Assembly: GCA_964036045.1 (NCBI GenBank)
Contig: OZ038378.1
Location: forward strand, 170,128,001-170,192,000
Direction of reading: 5' to 3'
DNA: 64,000 nt
From: Eutreptiella sp. 'Long Island Sound 2002'
Lineage: Eukaryota > Protista > Euglenida
Shown here: one piece after another, positions 1 to 10,677 of the stretch
How the letters are laid out: each line of letters opens with the position of its first letter
How positions within the stretch are numbered: position 1 is the first letter of the stretch
Translations under genes and position numbers: made by a program
Notes under the pieces: generated by a model
Seen by the model: the letters and a program-made list of their open reading frames with translations, nothing else
Told to the model about the DNA's origin: nothing
Databases searched by the model: none

Positions 1-6
1 AAATAG

Positions 7-626
7 CGCAAGCTGGATAAGGCAGTAAGATATGCGCATAAACTGGACTCGTATCTCAATGATTCAGTAGAACGAGGTTTTGTGATTGTGTACATTGATG
101 GATCCTCCGAAAAGGTGACACGGGTAGGGTTTACCGGAGGATATGGTCTATATTTTGAAAACCTACATGCCATTGGCTCTCATCTCTTCACCAACATACA
201 CCGAACAACCAATGGTTTCGCCGCCATCCAAACGCTGAATTTTTCCCCACCGGAAAAGTTGCTATCTGCACTCACTCTTCCCTTGTTTATGTCGGTGCCA
301 TTGGGAAGGCAAGAAAATGGGCACCGAACAACTGGATTGGCTCCATGGGCCCTCTGAGCAACGTCAGTTTGTGGAAAGAACTATTACACGAACTGGACTC
401 TATAGATAGAATAGTTAAATGGATTAAAGCACCCTCTCATGTGGGTATCCAAGGAAATGAAGAGGCCGATTCCTTGGCGGAAGACGGTCGACTTAGCAGC
501 CCCTTGCTAAGGCAATCGGTTGCCCCTCAGACACGAAACTTACGCTGCTTCTTAGCCCCACAACGGGGTGCCCACCCCTCCCTGAGCCTACCTCAATTTC
601 TGACTCTGATTCGGAGTCGGCATTAA
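7..626 (+). pseudogene. Frameshifted RNase H1-like domain, probably the 3' remnant of a non-LTR retrotransposon
   Basis: ORF 82-357 starts IVYIDGSSEK..GGYGLYF (first catalytic Asp). ORF 345-626 has NVSLWKELL..VKWIKAPSHVGIQGNEEADSLA (HxGxxGNExAD motif). The halves are in different frames. Confidence 0.8.
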
Positions 627-663
627 GAACCGTCCCCCCCCCATCATCACCACACGCTGGCGA

Positions 664-1032
664 TGTACCCTCCCCCCCCTTGTATAAGCTACGCCCTTGT
701 CCAAGCTACAATAGGCCTAGGGACCGTAAAAATTTTGTACGTGATTTGATTACGCACGAAATGTAGTGTGGCCACATAAGACATGAGTGTGTCATCAAAT
801 TTGCCAATTTGAGCACATGTGGCCCCCTGCTGGTGCACCCAAAATTTCTTTTGTTAGTCTGATGCATCCCATAGGTCCTGAATTGCCAATTTCAGCACAT
901 GGGGCCTACGCACGTGTGTGTTGGCAGTTGTATGTGTTACGCGCAAGCCACGCCCTTGTCCAAGCTACAGTAGGTGTAGGGGCTGCATGATTGTGTACAT
1001 TGGCGTAGCTTATACACGGGGGGGGGGGGGAC
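664..1032. mobile_element. MITE-like element with perfect 15-bp terminal inverted repeats flanked by C-run/G-run
   Basis: TGTATAAGCTACGCC at 681-695 and its reverse complement GGCGTAGCTTATACA at 1002-1016. Preceded by GTACCCTC8T and followed by a G-run plus AC. Related ends occur at 15073-15105 and 16792-16821. Confidence 0.7.
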
Positions 1033-2187
1033 AAGACTTCATCCAACAAAACACACCGGCCATGCCAATGGCTGCCGCTCCCATGACACCACGAACACCA
1101 GCCAATCAAAATGCCACCACTCACACACCATCCCGACGCTTTGTCAAACTAGCCGATAGCCCAGCAGCCCAATTCCTATCGGCCTTAGATCTACAAGTGC
1201 TTTCTTCTCTTGCCAATATATTATCCGCAGGGGGGGGGGGGTTCCCCCCCTTTCATGGCACCCTGAATCCTGCTCTTCAGACAGTGCCTCAAATCAAAGC
1301 ACTGTATCTATTGCATCTACAGCCAACACTGAAGTTTCGATCCCTAAGAAACGACGGAGGAAATTCCGTAGCAACACATATCCATCCTCAAAGCGAATAA
1401 ACACACGTAGAACACACTAGGACGCCGGGAGTCACCGAGAGCCAAAGGAGTGGTTGAAGACAGTGGCTGTGGACTGCAAGATGAACAATACGTAGTATGC
1501 AGCCAAGACAATTGCCGACCAGAACATCTTTTGCATATGCACTTTTGTTACCAAGCCGTACATATGGATGCCCAAGTGATACATGACTTGTACAAATTCA
1601 TCTTGAATGTACAAAGCATATCCCAATGGACTACAAAACTGATGTAGTATGAGTGATGATTGCGCAACAAACCCCCCCCCCAGCGAGAGTAACACCCTTG
1701 TTAGAGCAACAGTGGGTGTTGTTTCCGTCAAAATCTTGCACTTTAGTGTCTCGCAAGTGTGTGTGGGGGGGGGGGGGGGAATCCTCGAGGACATTGCAAA
1801 CCCTCGTTTATCCTTTTTTATGTCTCCTCTACTGCAAACACCCGTCTGGTCTTTTTTATGTCTCCTCTACTTTTTTTTTATGTCCAAGTCTTTCATACAT
1901 TCGAAGAACGTTGCTCCTTATGATCAATTGTATTCTGAGTGATCGGCAAATAGCACGAACAAGTGTGTTCATGTGTGCCATTAATTCATTGGAGAATGCA
2001 AGGCTGCTGGGACACCAACGTAGCAACACTATCTTATTGCGTTTATTTGCACCACAATCAACTAGATCCTAGACATTCCAAGACCACAATTCGACAAAAA
2101 AAAATGAATAGGGAAGGAAGTGGGGAAAGGGGTCATTAAATGGATTCACACCTTACCAACGGAGAGCAACTGACCTCAAACTGATTT

Positions 2188-2290
2188 GGTCCTTTCTTTG
2201 TTCGCCCATTTGGACTTTGCTTTTTGATGTGCCAAAACTGGTCCTTTCTTTGTTGGCCCTTTTGGACTTTGCTTTTGATGTGCCAAAACT
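2188..2290. repeat. Tandem duplication, 2 x ~52 bp
   Basis: GGTCCTTTCTTTGTT...GATGTGCCAAAACT at 2188-2239 and 2240-2290. Confidence 0.85.
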
Positions 2291-2869
2291 ATGCATCCTC
2301 CATAACACGTCTGGGGGTATGCATACGTGCAATTGTTTGAGCAAATGATAATTATGTGCTGCATTGCTGCAGTTTGCTTGGTGATATTTATAAGCAGGCG
2401 AGGTGTGGTGAAAAAATTTTAAACAGTGGCCCATCCTCGTCCCATTTGTAATGGGATGCATTGGGCCCTTCAGGGATGAATCGCTGGAAGATGATTGATC
2501 ATAACCCATTTTGGGTAAGATGGTCTGGGGTGGGTCAATGTGTCAACCAACAATTGACAAAGCCACTTGGTCAAACAAAGTTATGAGGCATGCACAAAGG
2601 CCTTCATTCGCCCGCCCCCTCCCCCAAAGGAACTGGTGTCAACACCTTGGTCAACCTGCTTTTCTTACACAAAAGTTGCAATTGTCCTGCAGATTCCGAA
2701 CTTTTGAGATAATGGACACGGGAAGTGGTAGCCGGACGTACGGACTGTCAAAAGGGGCTCTCTGAGGATCGATCTTACTTCATGGTTTTGGCGGATCGTC
2801 AAATAAAGATCTCTAAAGATCATTGTTACGTACTCTCACGAGAGGGTGTCGCTTTTGGTGGAGGGTCAA

Positions 2870-3330
2870 GAAGTGTCAGACCAGTGTGTGGGTTCTCCAT
2901 ATGGCACCGAATCCCTTGTGAATGTCATTGCGGTCACATTGCTGAGCGATGGGGAATCCACTAGTGCCATGGTCAGTACACCCGCTGTATCCGTGATGTC
3001 AACGTTGCTACCCGCCGTCAGTTCCTTGAAGGCATAGTTGGTCGTGTGGCGTCTTGCAATAGTGAGTGCTCACCACGCCCGATTCTACTAACCGTAGCAA
3101 TGGTGTCCACATCGGTGAAGTTGATGATCAAAACTCTAGTACCACCGTTGTCTATGTCCACATTGGTTCCAGCGGTGAGTCGTTTGAATATGTAGTTGGG
3201 TCCAGTGGCATCATGCAGCCACCACTAGCAGTAGCATCCTCTAGTGTGGCCTGTGCCGGCGTAAACGGCGTGGAACCGTTGAACGTCCGTCCATCGATCG
3301 CCAATGCAGTGACCGTTCGCATCCCCTTGC
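2870..3330 (-). pseudogene. Frameshifted fragment with two copies of a virion fibre/structural-protein-like repeat
   Basis: Manual minus-strand translation gives LHDATGPNYIFKRLTAGTNVDIDNGGTRVLII and, after a frameshift, SLLQDA-TTNYAFKELTAGSNVDITDTAGVLTM. The resemblance to FKxLxAGxNVxI repeats of viral fibre proteins is from recall only. Confidence 0.35.
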
Positions 3331-3774
3331 AATGATGTACCGATGAGATCCTACATTTTGATGCTTTGTGACAAGAAACCGAGGGGGGGCGGCCGAGGCC
3401 GGTCCTTGTATGTGACCCGCTCCCCAAGCCCCCCCCCCCCCCCCGGGTTTCGACAGATAGCTTGGGGGGTGTCGCATCAAGACCACTTGCAGTCGTCCCC
3501 CCCACCCCCCACCCCCGGGACAAGAACGCTCTGCAAAGTGTTCTACCATCCAAGTGCGCGAGGCCAAACCCGAAGGAATAAAACAAATGTGAGTCTTTTT
3601 TGGCTGTCAATCAAATTGATGTTGTGTGTTGCCCTGTTTTCAGATCTTGGGACGAATGAGCGGGCGGCACACACCCTTTTATTGTGGCTGCCATTGAGAA
3701 AATTTCTAGCAACCTTGCTGTCGGGAAAGAGCAATGTATTTGGAACTTGGCAGCCGGGCTCGAAATTTTTGATG

Positions 3775-3962
3775 CTAGGGACGGTTGGTAGCGGTGTCAA
3801 ATCAGGATTTACGACACCAGCGCAGTGGACACACATTAAAGTGAAGTTCAGCCCACCATGCTAGGGCGGCTAGGGACGGTTGGTAGCGGTGTCAAGTCAG
3901 GAATTACGACACCAGCGTAGTGGACACAAATCAAAGTGAAGTTCAGCCCACCATGTTGGGGC
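3775..3962. repeat. Tandem duplication, 2 x ~95 bp, each unit with an internal hairpin
   Basis: Units start CTAGGGACGGTTGGTAGCGGTGTC at 3775 and 3870. Each contains GGTGTC-N14/13-GACACC. Confidence 0.85.
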
Positions 3963-5205
3963 GACAATCATGCGGTAGCTACAAAAAACTTCATGGGGGA
4001 GGCGGCCTCATTAGATTACACAGCGGTGAAACAAGAGTAACGTTCCGGCTCATGGAACCGGTGCGTCGCGCGAAAAATATTCTGCTCAAACTGGGAGTAG
4101 AAGTACCCTCTGCATGTGCCATGCAGCACCGTAGTCCCTTTGCCAAATTGTCCGAAGACCCAGGATGTTGGCATCAATGCCAATTGTTTCCTGATTGCTG
4201 TTGCCCTAAAGAAGCGTAGAAATTGGCCAGACCGGACAGTGTAACGCGCGCGGACGTCCCTCACCACACACGAAGCTAGGCTCTCCACTTCATCAGCCCG
4301 GTGAGGCAACAGTCCCGTTGTGGTCTCGTGCATGCTATGGAATGCACACAGATAGTGAACACATGGTAGGTTTTGATGTGCGGGTAGGTGAGGGAAATGA
4401 GAACTTTGCACAAGAGTACCCCTTGGTAAGGGGGCTCCATTGAGGGTTCCTGTGACCACACAGGACAGTGACCACACACAACATAGACACAAAGCGGGTG
4501 CTAATAGCTATGTCTTGACAAACTGCAATGCTCCACCAAGCCTGGAAAGGCGGGGCATGGGGCACATTTTCCACACAGCGAGTATCTCCGCATTGGTGAA
4601 TTAGTAGGAGCCCAGCAAACAAATAATCGGGCAGAGGTGTATGACGACTCTCACGCCTGTATGTCGGGATTGGGATTGGAATGCATATTTGGACTTCCTT
4701 CCTCTACCAATCGGTCCGCCCTTTTGTTGCAACCCTCAGTGGCAATAGAAATGCGCGAAATGTCCTCTTCCTCACCTATTCAGTAATGTACAATATTGTT
4801 GTTCCCATATGTATAGTCATGTGGTTACCACCATGTGGGAAAATGAGGTGCAAGCGCGCGTAACGGTGCGCGAGGTTGAGCTGCAAGCGTGCACAATTGT
4901 TCTCCCACATTGTCCACAACCGTGTGCAACTATGCGTGATTTTTTTTTAACGGGAAATGTGCTGCACGTTCAAACCTCTCAAGCTCTTGTTCCAGTGGTG
5001 GCTCTTGTCATTCGGCATGTTCAAGTTTTCCAATGAAGACAAAATACCACGCCAAAGCCCAATGTGCAAGATGTACCTGAATCTTGTGAAGGCAAAGTGG
5101 AGGAGGAGGATTGTACTAGGGCCCCAAATGAGGATTTGTTGTCTTGGTTGGCCAAGTATATGCCACAATTGGCTCGTTAAGAAGACCAATTGTGGGGGGA
5201 GTCTT

Positions 5206-5308
5206 TGCACTGCGCGCGCACTGCGCGCTACTTTTAGACTATGTTCTCCCGGAAGAGCCCCCAAGCACACCCCTTGGAAATGCCCTTAGAATTAAGTAAC
5301 CCAAACTG
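5206..5308 (+). repeat. Dispersed repeat, left part (GCACTGCGCGC motif family)
   Basis: TGCACTGCGCGCGCACTGCGCGCTACTTTTAGACTATGTT...CCCTTAGAATTA.GT.ACCCAAACTG is closely matched at 30105-30208. Confidence 0.8.
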
Positions 5309-5524
5309 CAAGTTGCAATTGATTTTATAATGAAAATTGGCATTAGTCTGGCCTCAAGGATAGTCCCATTTCTTTTTTTTTTATCAAAAAGGCCAATTCA
5401 AAAGTGCCAAGGGCCACAGTGGACCAAGTTCGATGTAAGATACAGATTTCGGCAAGGCCAGGGTATGCATACGGGCTGCAGCTCGTGACTGTGCCCCCAT
5501 GGTTTCCCATTGAGGTTGGTGTGG

Positions 5525-8500
5525 TCATGTCATTGGTACTTCCCACTCATTTGAGTCCCAGTGCGTTTTGTGGCGTTTGGATAGCGGTTGCAACGGGACT
5601 TCCCACAAGGTGGGGTCCCAATGTTCCCGCGGCCGCTTACGTATCAGGAATATTGTCTGTCGGGCTGGTCGGCTTGTTTGCCAGTATTGTATTGTCTTGT
5701 GTTTGCAGGCGTCTTGGTAGTACTGTGCCATGGCAGTCAGGTGTGTCTGCTGCCGCCACATGTAGGTCGCTTGTTGTTGCTGCAGGTCAAGTAGCTTGTC
5801 GGTGCCAGGGCTCAGCCTCCGGTATCGGTCGTTGATCATCAGCAGCAGTTTTGCGTCAGCGTACCATATCCTTGTGTCTTCCTTTGCTTGTTCGTACCAT
5901 TGCCTACGTATTTGGTGTAGGTGTGCGTGTGTGTCCTGCAGTCGTTGTGCTTGTCTCTGTTCGTCGACTAGTTTTGTGACGAGCCTGTGGTAGTCTGTTT
6001 TTGCCGTCAGTGTGTTGGTGTAGCCCATGTGTAGGGTGTGCAGGTGTTGTCTCGCCACCGCCTCTATGTGTGCTTTGTGGTATATGTCCCGTGCTTGCTG
6101 AGCGTGTTCATGGGCCAGCCTGTCGATGGTCGTCTTGTAATGTTCCCACTGCCGTGTGTCAACGTTGAGGCGCTGACGTTTCTTTATGTGGTCGTCTTGC
6201 CCTGTGTTAGTTGCTCGTGCGACGAACCATGCCACTGCCTCACTATCACCTGCGTTGCGCGCATCCTGTAACCATTGGTCGGGGTCGATTGGGTCAGCCG
6301 TTGCGACCTCGGCCTCACGTCTGCGTTTCTCGCCGCACCACGTGGGCGCCCCGACGTGGTTCCGTAGGTTTTGGGGCGTTTCTCGCGGCGGAAGTGCCTG
6401 TGCAACGTATTTGGTGAGCCACAGGGGCGACGGTGGCTGTTGTGGTGTAGGGTCGGCGTACTTTCGTCTTAGTGTTTGGACGGACTGTATCATGCGAAAC
6501 TGGAACAGGCCCACATCCGTCCGCAGTTTGTGTCGTTCCGCAGTGGGTATGGCGTCGATGAGGGATAGTGGTATGAGCAGCCTGACACAGAACCATAGTT
6601 CTTGGTTGTTGGCCGCTTGCAGCCATTGGTGCATGTATGGGGCCCAATCAGTCCAGCTCTTGCGCCACAGTTCCCAGAAGTCGCTCCAGGCAGGACAGTA
6701 AGCTAGCCTTGACTGCACTGATGCTCCGTGTTGGTGGCCACACTGGGAGCAGAGGCGGGGTGTCCGTTCCCAGGGGGCGCCCATTCCCCACCATCGCACC
6801 TGCCCCCACAGCCAGGGTGTCCACGCGTTCCGTCTGTGATGCTTCATGGGGAGCAAGCTCACCCAGTGTACGTCTGGTGTTTGTTTTTGTCTACGCACTT
6901 GCATGATCCATGCCTTGGCAGGCGTGGGCATGATCTGTCCTGTGATGACAATATCATGGGGTTGTGGTTGTTGGGAGTCCATGGGCAGGTTGTCGCCCAT
7001 ATTGGCAAGGACGTCGGAGTGGTTGTTTCCCTGTATGTCCTAGTAGTCTTGATACGTGGTGGCTTGTTCTAGATTGCGGTGCCCTAGTGTCCATCGGATC
7101 GTTAGTCGTTTCGAGGTGGAGTTGAGGTACCCTATGTCGCGGTAGTCCTGGTCCTTGACCACTCCTTTGCGTTTTATAGGTGTGGCTTTCACCACACTCT
7201 GGTTGTCTAGTATAATGTCGTCTCCAGGCTTGGCTAGCTCAGAAGCTAAGGCGCAAGCGATCGTTTCGGCCCGATAAACCTGTTGTGGCCTGTGCACCCG
7301 GAAGGCCGCACGGTACGTTCCGTTGTAGATGCCCCCTCCAGCTCGTCCGTGTCGTTTCGACCCGCCTGTGTACCATCGGGTGGTGGTGGGTTCTCCTGTG
7401 TAGTGTACGGTGATCCCGTGGAGTTTTTGCTGGTGGGGGAGTGCCTGACATACCTCGTGGGTTTCCTCAGGGGTTGGCTCATCTGGAGGGTTCATCCAGC
7501 TGTAGTCTAAGCGGTTGGTAGCCGGCCGTGTCTTCCCTGCATGTGTCTCCTGGTCCTCCTCTGAGCTCTCCGAGTCATAGAGTCCCGCGGACAAGGGTCG
7601 GTGTTGTCGGGGTTGGGATATACGCTGACCCACCGTGCCCCCTAGGGCTCGGACGGCGTCTATGTATTTATATTGGGTTGCGGTGAGGTGTTGTGTAGGG
7701 CCGGTGTGCTGCAGTTCCTGTTGGCCAATTGTGACCCACCGGGTGATGTAGGACCACCACAGCTGGCGTAGGCCAAGTCCCCCTTGGCTGAGGTTGGTAG
7801 TCAGCCGGTGTTTGTTCATTTGTTGTTCTACCCCGGGTGTATCCCTGATGAAATGCAGCAGTATGTCGTCCCAGTGCGCCATTCGTGTCCTGTTTCCGAG
7901 GAACAGCCCCCTGTAAGTCCAACGGGGGATGAGGACGGTGTTGATGATAGCCACCTTTTCGTAGGCGTTGAGCGGCAGGGTCCTGTACGCCGCTACGTCG
8001 TGGTGTAGTTGTGTATTGACCATGTCCCATGCTGTGTCTTCTTGTGTGGGGTGGACAAGGACATGCCCCAGGTAAGTCATTATGGGAGGCCGCACGGGGA
8101 TGAGCTGGTGCTGCCACGTGATGGGCGTTAGGTCGTAGTCCTTAGCCCAGTGGCACACTTCAGTTTTGTCTTTGTTGAAGCGTAACCCCATTGTGTAGGC
8201 CACGTCGTGGAGGGTATCCAGGGTGTGCCGCAATGCTTCCTTCGTGGGCGCACGCACAGCTATGTCGTCAACGAACACGTGTAGTCGGGCTCCCGGGCAT
8301 CGTTCCATGGTTTCACGTAGTAGTATGTCGTAGTAAAGAAGAAACAGTGTTGGGGAGAGGGAGCACCCCTCCTTCATGCCCCTGGTGGGTCGTATGGGTA
8401 GGTCCTTTCCGTGTAGGGTTAGTACGGCCGGTGTATGATGGTATATTTCCCCCAACATCCGTATGATGTTTTCTGGCGCCCCTGCCTCCTTGACGATCCC

Positions 8501-10663
8501 AGTCAGCGTGGGTCGGGGGACTGATGGAAAAGCTTTGGCCACATCAAGTAGGGCCACGTACCCGTCCTCAGCATGCAGGTCGTTTAATAGTTTCGTGGCT
8601 AACGTGGTGGTGTTTCGGCCCTGTGTGGCGCCGTGTTGTATGTCCAGTAGTCCCGGGGTCAAGGCCCCCGATATACGCGTCACGAGGAGGCGTGTGAGTA
8701 TGCTATATATGGCCGTGGATACGTAGATTGGCCGGTAGTTTCGTGGGTCCTGGGGATCCTTCTTTTTATAGATGAGCACTACCCTGGACTGCAGCCAAGC
8801 CACTGGGATGTGCTGTCCGTTCCAAACTGCAACGATTGCTTGGTATAGTTGCTGCTGCACGTGGTCCGGTAGGTGCCGGAGCAGGTGTGGGGGAACACCG
8901 TCAGGCCCGGCAGATTTGTTCTTTGGTGCCCGAAGGCACCGCAAGTACTCCTCGTATGTGGGAGTTGTCGTGTTCCACGTGCGGTGCCGTACATGTTTCC
9001 GTATGAGTTGTCGGCACGCGTCTTCGTCGTATGTCGGGTCGCCTGCAAAGTGGTTGAGTACGTACTGTGTTCCTCCTATCGGGGGCTGCGGTGTGTCTTG
9101 GGCTATGAGTCCAGTGCGCCATCTCTTGACCATTTTATAAAAATAGCCCGATTTGTGCAATGCTGCTCGGCGCAGTTTGCCGATTTGTCTCCGTATGTGC
9201 TGCTCTTGTATCTCCCCGTACTCACGTAACCGTGCTTTGGGGTCCGTGGTATCCGACCAGTTTGCGGTGGCCGCTGTCTTGGCGCGCGTGGGTTGTCGTG
9301 GTCGCGCCGCGTGCGCTATTGCCGATAGGATCCGTCGTGCCGTGCGTAGGGGTGGGTCGTTGTTTGTTACAAGTAGTGTGGATATGGTGTTAGTAAACCG
9401 TTGGAATTGTTTGGTATACCACTTCGCGACTGTGGGCTGTGGTTTTCTGCGTGGTGGGTCGGGGGCCCCTATCCTCCATCGGACCCCAAGCATGACCAGA
9501 GCATGATCCGATCTGGGCATTTGTATGGTGTCATAGTAGGTCCAGGGTATGTTCGGTATTTGTTGCCTTATCAAGATGGCGTCTAGGCGACGAGGGCGTC
9601 CATGCCTAGGGATGCGGGTATAGTATTGCCGGGGATCCGGGGGTTGGCTACTAGCGTGCAATGGGTCGAGGAACACTCCGTGGGCCAGGTCTTCCTGCCA
9701 CGGGCGTGTCGGGTTGGGTGACCAAATGTCATCGTTGTAGTCCCCCAGAATGATGTCGTAAGGTCTCAGGGACTGCAGGAATAGGTCTACCTCTTGTTTG
9801 TCCTGTTGGTTGAATTTGGAGTACACACACGCAATGGTGCGGCGGGGGCTGTTTGGGAGCTGTATCCTGATGGCCCCTGCTACACCGTTGGGTGAGTATA
9901 ACGTTTCGAGTATGTGGGGGCCCACAGGGTTGCGGACAATGAATGCTATCCGTGGTTCGGTCCCAGGCGCAGCGTAGCACTTGTAGTCGTTATTGAGTGC
10001 TGTTGTGGTTGCCTCTGGTTTAGGGAAGCACGGGTTATACTCCTGGATGCCGCAAAGGTCGCTACGGCACTGGCTGATCAGGTGGAGGGTACTGGCCCAG
10101 CGTTGTAGGCTGACGGAGCCCTGTGCTCCTTGTATGCTCCAGGAGGCCAGTTTCATGTCGTGGTCCTTCGCGGAGGTTGCGTCGTCTAGACTGTCATACC
10201 GTCGATTGGTGTTGACCACCAGGTGTTGAGCATACTCCTCAATGTCAAGCAACGGTATGGGGGGTCCCCGCACATCCCGGCATCCGCGCCGGAGCTGGTA
10301 TATCCTACGGTGCCCGGGGTTGGGGTGCACATCTCCGCATTGGAGGACCCAGTTGGTGTTATACCGCGTGTTATATGGGCTGGTTACCGTGGTGATAGTG
10401 ACAGGTGCATGGTAGCGGCATGGCGCTGCCGTGATAGGGGCGGTCGGGGTGCGGAAGAAACAAACAATATAGAGGAGGAGTAGGCCTGGCCGCCATATAC
10501 GGTAACTGTGGGGGTTGGGGCCCCGAGAGTAGCCGTGCCGGTGCCGTAGCGGCGGGGTATATCGTCTGCGGACTCTCCGGTTCACGGGGAGTAGATATAC
10601 CGGCCCCTCAATATGCGTGGGGGCCACGAGTAGGAGGAGGGCTATGATGGCGATGCAAGGCAT
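5525..10663 (-). pseudogene. Element A ORF2: 2A-like peptide + APE endonuclease + reverse transcriptase + RNase H + Zn knuckle + helical C-terminal extension; one in-frame TAG at 7040-7042
   Basis: APE: LASWSIQG, GIQEY, GDYND, RLDAIL, SDH. RT: KSAGPDG, NYRPI, LDVAKAFPSV, EGCSLSPTLF, FVDD, TYLG. RNase H: WYTGGS (Asp to Gly), RAE, LDN, then past the TAG DIQGNNHSDVLA. ORFs 7040-10681 and 5525-7000 share a frame, 13 codons apart. First ATG is at 10663. Confidence 0.93.
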
Positions 10664-10677
10664 GAGGAACAGGCACC

